64,000 bases of DNA from Callorhinchus milii (taxonomy: Eukaryota). The notes under the pieces were generated by a model that had not been told where the DNA came from, made no database searches, and worked only from the letters and a program-made list of their open reading frames with translations. Location of the stretch: assembly GCF_018977255.1 (NCBI RefSeq), contig NW_024704743.1, forward strand, positions 75,518,001 to 75,582,000. The letters run 5' to 3'. This document shows, one piece after another, positions 13,627 to 25,825 of the stretch (within the stretch, counting starts at the first letter, position 1; each line of letters begins with the position of its first letter). The position numbers were made by a program, and so were the translations under genes.

Positions 13627-14147
13627 CAACAACAACAACAACAACAAGATTCCATTTATAAAGCGCCTTTCACCGTCAGGAGGACGTCCCAAGGCACTGC
13701 ACAGTTGGGTCATGACCCGAGCAGGGGGGAAATGGTCAGGGGAGGGGAGGGAGCGAGCAGGGGGGAAATGGTCAGGGTGAGGGGAGGGAGCGAGGAGGGG
13801 GGAAATGGTCAGGGTGAGGGGAGGGAAGGGAGGGAGCGAGGAGGGGGTAGAGAGTCGAGAGGGGAGCTGAAGGCACGGTCAAAGAGAAAGGTTTTGAGAC
13901 CGGCCTTGAAGGAGGAAAGGGAGGAAGCGGCGAAGGCACTGGGGGATGGAGTTCCAGAGCCTAGGGGCTGAGAGGCTGAAGGCCCGACCACCGATGGTAG
14001 GGCGGTTGGGGCGGGGGACGTGGAGCAGACCGGAGCCAGAGGAACGGAGGGTACGGGCAGTTAGGTAGGGGGATAGTAGGTTGGAGAGGTAGGAGGGAGC
14101 AAGGCCGTGAATGGCCTTGGAGGTGAGGATGAGGATCTTGAAATCAA
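13627..14147 (-). mobile_element. L2 3' fragment with (GTT)n tail and an internal ~36-bp G-rich triplication
   Basis: ORF 13879..14193 has GLAPSYLS...GGRAFS...APRLWNS, and 13809..13991 has LKTFLF. Tail reads (aac)n on the plus strand at about 13627. Confidence 0.9.
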
Positions 14148-14411
14148 AGTTCACTTCACAGACTGAATGCATGTAGCACATTACAGAATGCAATGCACTA
14201 AATATTGATAAGCATAAATAAGGATCTAAATAAGCATCTAAATATTGAGAGAACAGGGCTGTTTTTCTTCTCTATTCAAACAATTGTACTTTAGAAATAG
14301 AAACACAGGTATATATATAAAATTGGATGCATTTACAACTATTTGGAATAATATTTATATAGCATCTATTACATCAAAATGTTTCAAACAGCTTCACAGA
14401 TCAATCCCGTA

Positions 14412-14775
14412 GAGTCCTGTAGCTCAGTGGTTAGAGGACTTGCCTCACAAGCGAGAGACCTGGGTTTGATTCCTGCCAGGGCGAAACTTTGGGCAAGTTT
14501 CCTTACTCCACATGCTTTTGTTTACCTACCAGTAAGAGGAACCCCAATTTTTAGTCAATTGGCGGATCGCTTTTCCAGTGGTAATAATTCCTTAAAAAAA
14601 ATTGGTCACTTCAATCCACGACTGTTTGTGGGACACTGCTGGGCACAATTGGCTGCCGCGTTTCGTCCACAAAATATACAGTCAACTCACTTTACAGTAT
14701 ATTCTGTGAAGCGCTTTGAGACATCTCGAAGATGTAATAAGCCTCTATATCAAATGCAAGGATTATTATTATTAT
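14412..14775 (+). mobile_element. tRNA-CORE-Deu-L2tail SINE (long form), nested in an older minus-strand SINE
   Basis: Same head and tail as the short form, plus an extra segment tgtttaccta(g/c)cagtaag...aattgg(c/t)ggatc. The host SINE continues on both sides. Confidence 0.85.
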
Positions 14776-16806
14776 CATTGCTGTCACCCGTGGTGACTAT
14801 ATTTGGAAGCAGATATGACAACGAATTTGCACCCAGTAAAATCTCACAAACAGTCACAAGTGATTGATTTATCTGGAAGATTGTTTGCCAGGACACCGGA
14901 GGAACTCCTTTCTCTTTTCAAATAATAATAATAATCCTTCCATTTGATATACAGCCCTATCACATCATTGAGACTGTGTATTTTATGGGCGAAACAAGCC
15001 CTATATCTGCCAATCAAAGCCCCCAAACAAAAAGCATCACAAGTACTTTAGCGTACACCTGAAAGGCAGACAATTAACATAATTTAACATCTCACCCAAA
15101 GGATAACACCTTCAACAATGCAATATTGTCCCAGTTCTGCACTGAAGTGTCAGCCTGGAATATGAGCTCAAGTCCTGACGTAGAGCTTAAACCCACACAT
15201 TTCTGGCTCAGAGTTGAGAGTGCTACCAACTGCTTGTAGCAGAATTGCCTACTTTCCTTTTGAAGAGATATAAATTGTAAAGTTTTTCCGTATCTGAGAT
15301 CAGATAAGACAGTTATTCCATTTTGATAAATTCTGACATGTTGAGTTTGATACCTGATGAAGCTAAGTGCTAAAGCTGATTCTGAGGTGCTGAAATCTCA
15401 GACAACCACTTGCATTCACAGTTAACAGTGTAATTAAATGGCACTCTTCACTTTTCTTTCCACAAAATTATGATGGATTAAAACATTTTGTAAATCATGG
15501 ATTAGACAGTAAACTGGGGACTTGCAAACTTGGATGGAGATACAAAGAGACAAGAAACTAGAAACTTTCAAAGATTAAATATGAAATACTAAACTATATT
15601 TACAAATACGCAAGAAAATCAATAATTCTATTTGGAAATAGCAGGCCCTTTGACTGTGGTAAGATTTTGCACTCTCTCTTCTGAACTGAATGCTTGCAGA
15701 AGTCAGAATGTGTACACCACGGTGAAACAAACAGTAGAAACATGTATGGCAGAGATAAATAATATTCAAATTGCTGTTAAAATTACAGAGTGTCCAGTCT
15801 GAAAACTGTGGTGTTTTTGAAGTTGAAGTTTCTTGGTATATGCGTTGTGGGTCAGTTGATAGGACTGTCACCTCTGGGTCCAGAAGGGCTGACACTTAGT
15901 TGCTGTAATGAGGAAGTGCTGCATCATTAAGAAATCCTCTCCTTTAATCTGCCTTTTAACCAAAGTCCTGTCTGCTGGATCCCATGACACTATTTTGAAA
16001 AAAAGCAGGAAGTAAAGTTCTCCTGGTGTTCTGACTAATATTCCACATTTAAATTCACATAAAAACAGATTAATTAGTCATTTGACTTACTGCAGCTTGT
16101 TGGACTTTCCTGGTGCAAGTTAGCAGCTACGTTTGCCTATAATTTTTCCCTGTCAGCCAGGTTGTCTGATACTTGCAGAAATCCATCAATATGCTTCAGA
16201 GAATCCAAATCAGACTGAGAGTTCCAATGGAAGAGTATATGCCATTGAAGTATTTTTTTATGTAGGGATTACCAGATACAAAGCGCTCCGAGATGCTACC
16301 CCTCGTGAAGGACACTATATAAATGCAAATTGTTGTTGCTGTTGTACAAAGGAGCATATTTCAATTTATCTAACTAAAATTCCTTGTAATTTTTCCAAAT
16401 CACCAGAACTCATACTCAAGCTATATAGTTCTTGTAACCATGACATAAGAGGGCTACACAGGCCCTATTGACAATGCAGAGGACAGCAATGAGCCTGATC
16501 CCGAGTTTTCAATGAACAAGGTGTGAGTAATGATGAAATAAGTTAGGGTTCTTCATCCTTGGAAAGAGTCATCTCAGAGGGTATCTTCTAGAGGTAAGAA
16601 AAGATTACCAGGAAGAGTGGTTCAGGTTTGGAAAATGGAGGCTAGACTCATTTAAGAAATAGCTAAATGCTATATTGGGAAGATGGGAAGATGAACATTC
16701 TGGAAACTGAAATCAGAGGACCAAAGGAATTTTATTTTTGTGAACCTCCTGTGTGATCTTTAGACAATAGTTAATTTGTTCCAACAACAACAAACTTACA
16801 TTTATA

Positions 16807-17127
16807 ATAATAAGAATAATAATAATCCTTGCATTTGATATAGCGCTTTTCACATCGGGAGGACGTCCCAAAGCGCTTCACAGAACACACCGTAAAGTGA
16901 ATTGACTGTATTTTTTGTGGGCGAACGCGGCAGCCAATTGCTCACAGGAATGTCCCACAAACAGTCGCAGATTGAAAATGACCTATTTATTATTGTTTTT
17001 GGTTTTGGAGGGATTATTATTAGGCGTGTGGAGTAAGGAAACTTGCCCAAGGTTTCGCCCTGCCTGGAATTGAACTCAGGTCTCTCGCTTGCAAAGCGAG
17101 TGCTCTAACCACTGAGCTACAGGACTC
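16807..17127 (-). mobile_element. tRNA-CORE-Deu-L2tail SINE (short form, youngest subfamily)
   Basis: Complete from head to tail. Closely matches 19717-20040 and shares its diagnostic cctccaaaaccaaaaacaataataaa. Confidence 0.88.
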
Positions 17128-17770
17128 CTTTCACGTCGGGAGGATGTCCCAAGGCGCTGGACAGTCAAGGGTCAGGACCCGAGCATGGGGGAGGGGTGGA
17201 TACATTGGGTTAGGGAAGGCAGAGAGGTGGGAGGGCGACTGAAGGCACGATCGAAGAGGAGGGTCTTGAGACTGGCCTTGAAGAAGGCAAGGGAGGAAGC
17301 GAGGCGAAGGGACTATGGCATGGAGTTCCAGAGTATGGGGGCAGAAAGGCTGAAAGCTCAGCCACTGATGGTAGGGCGGGTTGGGCGGGAGACATGGAGC
17401 AGGCCAGAGCCCGCTGAATGGAGGGAGTAGGCAGGTTGGTAGGGAGTCAGCAGGTCAGAAAGGTATGAGGGGGCAAAGCCATGGATGGCCTTGAAAGTGA
17501 GGACGAGGATTTTGGGGGGTGGGGAGCCAGTGCAGTTGGGCAAGGGTGAGAGTGATGGGGTCACAGAGCCTGGTGTGCAAGAGTACACAAACTGCAGAGT
17601 TTTGGATGATCTGCAACTTGTGAAGGGAAGAGTTGGGAAAGCTGACGAGGAGGGAGTTTCCATAATCGAGCCTTGATGTGACGAATGCGTGAGTGAGGGT
17701 TTTGGCAGCCTGAGGGGTGAGGCAGTGGTGGAGTCTGGCAATGTTGTGGAGGTGGTGGTAGGCAGTGCCA
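17128..17770 (-). mobile_element. L2 3' fragment; the extreme tail (about 16782-16806) is cut off by a SINE insertion
   Basis: ORF 17455..17871 has [15 protein letters not shown] and LHWLP. The tail stem-loop is split at 16806/17128. Confidence 0.9.
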
Positions 17771-18108
17771 GTCATTCCATCAATAATAACAACAAAATAT
17801 TGCATTTCCAATAATAGGTGTGGTGGATTGTGTATCTTACTCAGTTCTGTTCTATATGTTGTTTGCAGCATGATTCAATGCATCACCATTTGTTTGTTGC
17901 CAGGTGTCAGCCTGGCTCAGTTGGTAGCACTCTTGACTATGAGGCAGAAGGTTGTGGGCTCAAGCTCCTTCATTGGGGTTTTGAGCTCATAATCCAGAAT
18001 GACACTTTTATGCAGTGATGTAAGAGTGTTGCATAGTTGGAAATACCATCCTTTGGATGACATGGTGGACATTTTAGATCCTGTGGCATAACTCAAAAAG
18101 AGAAGGAA

Positions 18109-18381
18109 CATCAAGGCTCGATTATGGAAACTCCCTCCTCGTCAGCCTTCCCAACTCTTCCCTTCACAAGCTTCAGATCATCCAAAATTCTGCAGTTCGT
18201 GTACTCTCGCACACCAGGCTCCGCAACCCCATCACTCTCACCCTCGCCTGACTCCACTGGTTCCCCATCACCCAGAGGATCAAATTCAAAATCCTCGTCC
18301 TCACTTTCAAGGCCAGCCATGTCCTTGCCCCCTCCTATCTCTCTGACCTGCTGACTCCCTACCAACCTGCCTGCTCCCTCC
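18109..18381 (+). mobile_element. Internal, tail-less L2 fragment inside a Deu-SINE
   Basis: Encodes [10 protein letters not shown]...LHW. It is a close inverted match to 17419-17677, with SINE sequence on both sides. Confidence 0.85.
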
Positions 18382-19716
18382 AATAATCCCGAAAAAAAAA
18401 TTGGTCATTCACTTCATGGCTGTTTGCGGGAATTTGCTGTGCAAAGATTGGCTATCGCATTCGTCTACGAAGTATACAATTATTAGATTTTCCATTAAGC
18501 TCTTTGACATGTTTCAACATGATAAATCACTACATCAAATGCAAGGATTATTACTATTTACTTTTCCTTGGAGAGCAATGAGACTGTCGATGGTAAATGT
18601 TCAGAGGTACAAAGGGAGCGCCACATTTACATCAAAAGAAGACAATGTGTCCGCCGCCTCCTGCAAAGGTGACCTGCTATCCACAGGAGTCCTAACTGGA
18701 GGTGAAATTCTATATACCTGTACACTCCATTACAGATCCACAGGACAAATAAGATCACCCCAGTCTGTACATCACACTCCTCCTGCTCTCCGAGGAGACT
18801 GAAGTGTTAATTGATTCAATGTGAAATGACTGAGCCCTCTCATCCTATGTACACTTCTTGTTGAGCATTCCACCCACTATTAAAGGAGCTATGAACTGTA
18901 AATAATGCTTAGATCTTCTGAACCAAATTTCCACAATGCTTACCTGTAACTATTATCAGTCACCTTAGCCACATTTAGGACTATGAATCAAAACTGCTTT
19001 AAAATAAATGAACAATTTAATGCAGTCTTGTAATAACTATGAAACAGTACTGATATGCAGTTTGGACTCTTGTGACCGAAACAGTGATCCTGGGGATATT
19101 AAGGAGAGATTGGGTCAAAGGAATACATATTCTGAAATGAAGTGTTTGTACTGCAGGAAGTGAAGCTGCTCTCAGCACTAAAGAGAAGCAGATCAGGAAG
19201 CCTGATGTATCCTTCCTGCTTCACATCACATTAATTGGGGCTGAATAAACAGCTAACATTTGATTTTTTGGTGATCATGCAGAACTCCAAAATCATGTGT
19301 TAGTATTTAATGTTACTGACAAACTGGTGACTCAATCGGCTCTTTACTAACATTAACAAATGACAATCTGTTAAAAGTTCTCTGGGTGTCCAGTGGATGT
19401 CTCAGAGCATTCTATGGATAAGGGAAAGAATAACCCAGTGCAATTCACACCAGCTGTGTTTACACGGTGCTCGAGTGAATTAATCTGCTCCCAAAACCCC
19501 ACTATCAAATATATAGGTATACATACAGCCACTTTGAACCCTAAAGACTTCGGCATGCTGGTTTGGTTCCTACAAGCTTTGAAACATTTTTGGTCACACT
19601 TTCACATTTGATGGAACTGAAGAACTGCAGACAACATGTGCGCTGAATTGAACCAGAATCCTATTTTTAGTTGTTGTAATCTGCCATTTTCCGTGATGGT
19701 ACGTGTTAAGGACGTG

Positions 19717-20040
19717 GAGTCCTGTAGCTCAGTGGTTAGAGCACTCGCTTTGCAAGCGAGAGACCTGAGTTCAATTCCAGGCAGGGCGAAACCTTGGGCA
19801 AGTTTCCTTACTCCACACGCCTAATAATAATAATAATACCTCCAAAACCAAAAACAATAATAAAATTGGTCATTTTCAATCTACGACTGTTTGTGGGACA
19901 TTGCTGTGCGCAATTGGCTGCCGCGTTCGCCCACAAATATACAGTCAGTTCACTTTACAGTGTATTCTGTGAAGCGCTTTAGGACGTCCTCCCTACGTGA
20001 AAAGCGCTATATCAAATGCAAGGATTATTATTATTTATTT
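19717..20040 (+). mobile_element. tRNA-CORE-Deu-L2tail SINE (short form, youngest subfamily)
   Basis: tRNA-like head with an intact D arm and anticodon arm (ctcgc-tttgcaa-gcgag), and an (att)n tail. Confidence 0.88.
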
Positions 20041-23000
20041 AAGATCTCAGGATCCAGATGCTGAATTTTTCCTCCCTGGATTGGGAGCTTCGAGGCCCAT
20101 TGCAGAACCCCAAGTGACATCCCAGGAGAGAGCAGGACAGAACAGCATAAAGCTAAAATCTTCAATGACTCAGAGGAAAAACTTGCTGAGACGTTGGAGG
20201 GATCAGGCTCTAGTCTAATTGAAAAGCATAAAGTAAATGAAGAGGATCAAATGCATTGCACTCAGGTGTTTATTTTCAGTGAAACAGGTTCCATTGCACC
20301 AAGAGCACCAAGGCCATTTGTAGAGCCACCCTGTGACTTAACTTTCCAAATAGCCTTTGAAACTTTCTGTGTATTTTGTTTCGGTGTAGGAGGTTGTTAA
20401 TAAAACAAAATTCAAAGAAAATTTTGTAAATAACTTAATTTGAGGACATTAGAGTTAAATTACTGCCCAATTGCCTGGTGTTACTGCAAAGTAAAATTGC
20501 ATGCAAATCCCTTGATGCTTATAAATAGGCTTAAAGGTACGCAAATAAGCAGAATACTAAAATGATGGAAACACTTTGAAAAACATTGTTTGTCCCTGTT
20601 TGGCAATCTAATGTTGGTGGCATCTGCATTGCTTAAATAAATTTATAAATTAAAACCAGTCTGTTAATAGAAGCAGTGCGTTCTAATAGAGAGTACTAAT
20701 GATCCATATGAAAATGAAGCAGTTTTAATAGTGGAATGGAATAGCATGCAAATTGCACTGTTTGAGGCCAGAGCTGTACAATGACAAGCTCTCATTCGTG
20801 TAAATAGCACCACCTGACACATTTTCTGGAGGCTGTGTGTGTGTGTTGTTGTATGTGTGTGTGTATAAAGCAGCTTAGAAGGGTTTCCAATGAGGTTGTA
20901 TTAGTTAGATTTCGATATATACATTCTGCAGCCTTGAAAATATTGTGTTGATTGGAAACCTTATCCTCTCTTGTTTCCTTGTTTCTCCTTATTCCATGCA
21001 GATATGCTATGCACCATTCCACAAGGACGGACAAACCGTGACCTCCTTCTATGCTCTGTAAATGGTTGCTCAGATGTGGATGACTTTGGTGTGTGTTAAC
21101 CTACCTGCTGATTTCTCACTCCCCTCCCCCCACCCAACATCACACACACGCACCCTCTCTCTGGAGAACGGCCACACTTGAACTCCAAATTTCGGAGAGT
21201 TCAGCTAACATCAGAATCCAGCGAGCTTGGTTGACATCAGAAACTCAGCACATGGACATAATAATATTAATCCTTGCATTTAATATAAAATCGAGAATAT
21301 TTCAAAACACTTCATAAAGCTTATGGAAAATTTAGTGACTGTATTTGTTGCTGAACACAACCAAGATCTTTTTACAACTGAACTGGTTCCAAGGTAACAT
21401 GTTTGGCAACAGAATGTCAGAATTGAGTCTGTGGTGATCTTGGTAATCTGGTTCCTGGGCCAGGTGAGTTCCGAGTACTCCAGGGAACTGATGACTTGGA
21501 GAGACAGATTAGGGGCAGGGATTCTTCCCATTCAGTTCCTGCTAACCCTGTAAGCCAAAGCCCTAACAGTAGGGTGGTCCTAGCTGGACCAGCAGCAGGA
21601 AGTGCAGTGCTCTCAATGGCAAACTATACTATTTTAGCTGCTAAACTCCATCAGTACTCCAATCACACTCTAGAGTCCCTAAGCCTTGCTCTCGCTTACC
21701 TGGGTATAATACTCTCTACAATCAGATTAGTCAGTGTGTCTCTCCAGTGTGCACATTCCATTCCAGACACAGGAAAATCTCCATGTGTGCATGGCATATA
21801 TATGTGGAACTATCAGTCTGATTGATACTCTTAAGCACAGTGATGGGTTTCCACATGCATCCTTACCTGGATGAACCAGGCTTTAGTAAGGGATCTTACG
21901 AAGGAACATGCCATTCTTCATGGGAGAGCCTAGAAGGAGTGTATGTTAAGCTAATTGGCTGTGAAGAACATCACAACCAATGCTGTCTTCACAGATATCC
22001 ATAATCACCCAATATCCAGCAGGGATTATTTGAAGCAAGGACACTGGCTGATTATTACCCTTCTCAGCTCAGAGGCATTTAGACCAATTGTGAAATCTCA
22101 AGTGCTGACTTGGCTAAGATCAATTATATCTGCTCGAACTAGAAAGCCAGACTGTGAACTTTTGCGATCAATGAATGTCTTGTTATCAACTGGGCCATCA
22201 GGGCAGCCCTGTTTCATCTATATTCATGCAAGTAATAGTTCCTCAATTTTTAAGGGGTCAGTTTGGTGTCTGACACCTGCAGAAGTCCATCACCATGCTT
22301 AAGAATATCCAAATCAACTGAGAATTCCATGCATCCCACCTGTATATAGAAATTCCAGAGATATGTATTGCAATGAAATGAGCACTCTCTCCCTGGATAG
22401 ACGCATACTGTTTATCTAATTCTGGAGAGTATTAGGTTCAGGTTGGTAAGAATCAAGGCTTGGGGACCCAGAGTTGGGGTACTGCTGGAGTCTAACCGGC
22501 TAAAACCACATAGCCTGCCATTGAAAATACTGTCTGGCAAGCTTTCCTGCTGCTTGTCCAACTAGGACCACCTTACCTGTTAGGGCTTTGGCATGCGGGG
22601 TTAACAGAAACTGAGTGAGAAGAGGTCCTGCCCCCAGTGACTGGTCTGGCTTTGCTATTCCTGCTGATGAAACACACTGGCTGGATTGTCATCAACAGTG
22701 ACCTGCAATAAAGTTCCTCAGGCTTATTGGAGGAGTTCCATCCAACTGAGAAGCACAGATAAGTATTACATCAAGTAGAGCTTTGTGCAGAAGTCTCCAG
22801 AACCAAACATTACAAAATATTGCATTTAATATAGTGCATTCATAGTTTTCAGTACAGTCCGTTGACCGTGTATTGATAGGCGAACATTTATCCCACAGAT
22901 AGCCATAAAGTGAATGAACAATTTTTAAAAATTAGATGGGGTGATTGTTGGCCTGGACAAATAATGTCTTTTTAAATAATGTCATGGGATCCTTCACATC

Positions 23001-25825
23001 CACCTGAATAGGCAAACACTTTACGTCTTATCTGAAGGACAGTGCCTCCAACAATGCAGTGCCTCCTTAGCCCTACACTGGAGTGGCAACCTTATCTTGA
23101 TATGGTGCTTTGAGATGAAATCCCCGGCTGAAATCTGTATTGACCTGGACAATAATCAACAACAACAACAAGATTACATTTGTATAGCGCCTTTCACGTC
23201 GGGAGGACGTCCCAAGGCACTGGACAGTGTACAGCATTTCAAACCCCACCAGAACTAAGAATCCCTAAAAGCTAGTTACAGAATATATTGCTGGAATCCG
23301 GTGTCACTCTACAAACAGAAGATTTGCTGTACATCAATCAACCCCAATGGTGGGAAATCTTTGATTTTAACTGAGATAAATTGATCTCCCAAAAACTGAT
23401 CATTTTCCTTATCATTGGTCAACCTTACAGTTAGTCAGATGTGGAACAAGTTACAATATCTTGCTTAGTTTAGAAGAAAGATTCATTTCTATTGGCAGCT
23501 TCAAAAGAACTTGGCCTTAATTGACTATGATATATTTTCAACACTGGGCTGAAACTGGACTGAATCCTTTCCCCTGTGTGTTATTCATCCTTCCTCGTCT
23601 GCCTTGTTGGCAATATTTGGGGAGAATTGGTTTGCTGCAGAGCTTCTGAATTTAATTTGGACCCAACAGGTACAGCTTTTACACTTCATAAAGCAAACAG
23701 TGCCTTTGCATATATTTTTACAACCCTAAGGACGTAGGAATTTGAATAATACATTCAATCTATTTTTAAGTTATTTATCACAATAGATTTTAATGCACAT
23801 AGTCTAGATACTCTAGATGCTTATTAAGAAACACATGTATAAAAATAAAGGCCCATTAATAACTTGGCTGATTTTTAAATTGAATTTGTGGTAGAAACAT
23901 TTCATGTTAGGAAATGAGCTGGGTGAGATGGGCACCATGTTTAGCTGGGAAGCACAGTGCTTAGACAGTGGACTTCCTCCATTTGCACAGTCCATTGGAC
24001 ATCGCCAATGGAGTGTGTTTTTACACGAGGCCACATGTATCAAGCAGGATGGAGGGAAGTCACATTTCCTAACTCATAGAGCACCTGTATTATAGTGCTT
24101 GTGTTACAAAGACTCTCCTTGGTGACTTTCCTCCATGGTGTTGGTACAGGGAAAGGGCAGGGAAATGGGAATAGAGTAGATGGCTCCAGTGGGGGAGGTA
24201 GCACCAGCACAGGCAGTATGTCATGTAAACTTTATTATTTTATTTTGGATAAAGAGTCTTCTCTCGTAGGTGTACTTGTGTTGTTCATTGAAGGAATAGG
24301 AAGAGTTTGCAAAGGGGGTGAAGGAGAGGAAAACCTGCGGTAAACTGTATTAATTTAAATTGTAATAAGCCACCTAGAACTGAATACAGTGTGTAAAAGC
24401 AGAGGTGAGATATCAATCAGATACTTAAAATTATATTTCTGGCTGTCGTTAATAGCTGAAGTTCTTTTGTGGTGTGTTTGACTGACAGAAATACTTTGAA
24501 TAAACATTGCTCTTAGTTAGATTCTGTGAATAATCTAAGGAAACACAGAACTGCATTGTAAAATATACAGGTAGAAATGAATGATACTTCGATTTGGCCA
24601 CAATGCATGAAATTGTGATTAATTTACAAACAGCATATTGACCAAATCCTGTAAGAATTCCTAAGTACTCTGTGCACAATTAGTTATTGAAGGGAAGTCT
24701 AACAGCAGCTGTTTTATATATCACTAATAAATTGGTTGATGAAAACAGCTGTCAATGTGCTTTCTTTGGTTAAACTTATTGATAAGGGACTTTCCAAGGA
24801 GGCTTGTAGTGAAATGTTCCATATGCATTCCGCATGTTAGCGCATACACAAAAATCAAATCAGCAGTATACAGGGACTTGGGTTCAACTCCCACCATGGA
24901 ACAGAGGGTAAAAGGCATTGTCCAACATCTTATACCAGAAAGTCACACGTTCAAATTCCGTTCTGTGCTGAGTTAGCTAATCTCACCCGGGACTGAGGTT
25001 GGGATGTCACAATTGATCATAGTGTCCTGGTTTTAAGGAGGAAAAACATCAGCCAAGATCCCATCTCTGGTTTACTATCCAGAGACCTCCTACTGGATGG
25101 TGTGTGCGCGTGTATGTTGGGCAAGGATAGGAATGCCCTCTCGACCAACCTGTGCCAAGCACTTCTAGACAGAAATTGGCAGTCAAATAGCCCATTAACT
25201 GACTGTCAAGGATCACACATGGAAACACCACCCTTGAATGAGGTACCAGAGGGTGACCAGGGATGTTCAGGATGGGAGGAGTCAAAATCCAGTCTGGCCC
25301 TCCGCGTCGTTATCCCATGTGAAGTCGCAATGTAAATGCAAACTGTTGTTGTTGGTAGTGCTACTGGGTAGAAGATTGGAAGAGAAAAGTAGCAGGGAAA
25401 AAATCATACATTTTAAGGATCTTCCTAACCATGATGTGAGAAACACTGTAGCCAATTACAAATCTGAAAAGTGTATTTTAATTGTAGAAAAGAATGCAAT
25501 TTTTTTCTGATTGTTCAACGGTCTCTCCAAATAATGACCTATTGGTCATTAAGAAATTATTTATTATTATTAAATTATTACTTCTTGATAATATGTGGAT
25601 TTTGTAAATGCAAAGGATTATTATTTTCAAGGGCAGTCCTTTGTTTCATGGGCTATTTTAATATTAAAAGGATTAAATCTTTTGTGACAGAGGCTGGTCA
25701 TGGCTTTACTTACTATTAAGCTGCAGAATTTTTCTGAATGATCTTGTAAGTTATGCCATTACAACCATTAATTCTTCCTGTGTGAACATGTCACAGATAA
25801 AGCAAAAGAGTATGTGGATAGGTTT

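Noticed and set aside
14379..14867. 162-aa ORF and recurring peptides such as MGKFPYSTRLIII or QMQGLLLL in the ORF track
   Set aside because: These are chance translations of SINE consensus sequence.
19717..19790. Apparent tRNA-Ala/Val genes (also at 6798, 14412, 17127, 35214, 54759, 55692)
   Set aside because: Each runs straight into a SINE body, and the acceptor or T stems are imperfect. They are SINE heads, not tRNA genes.
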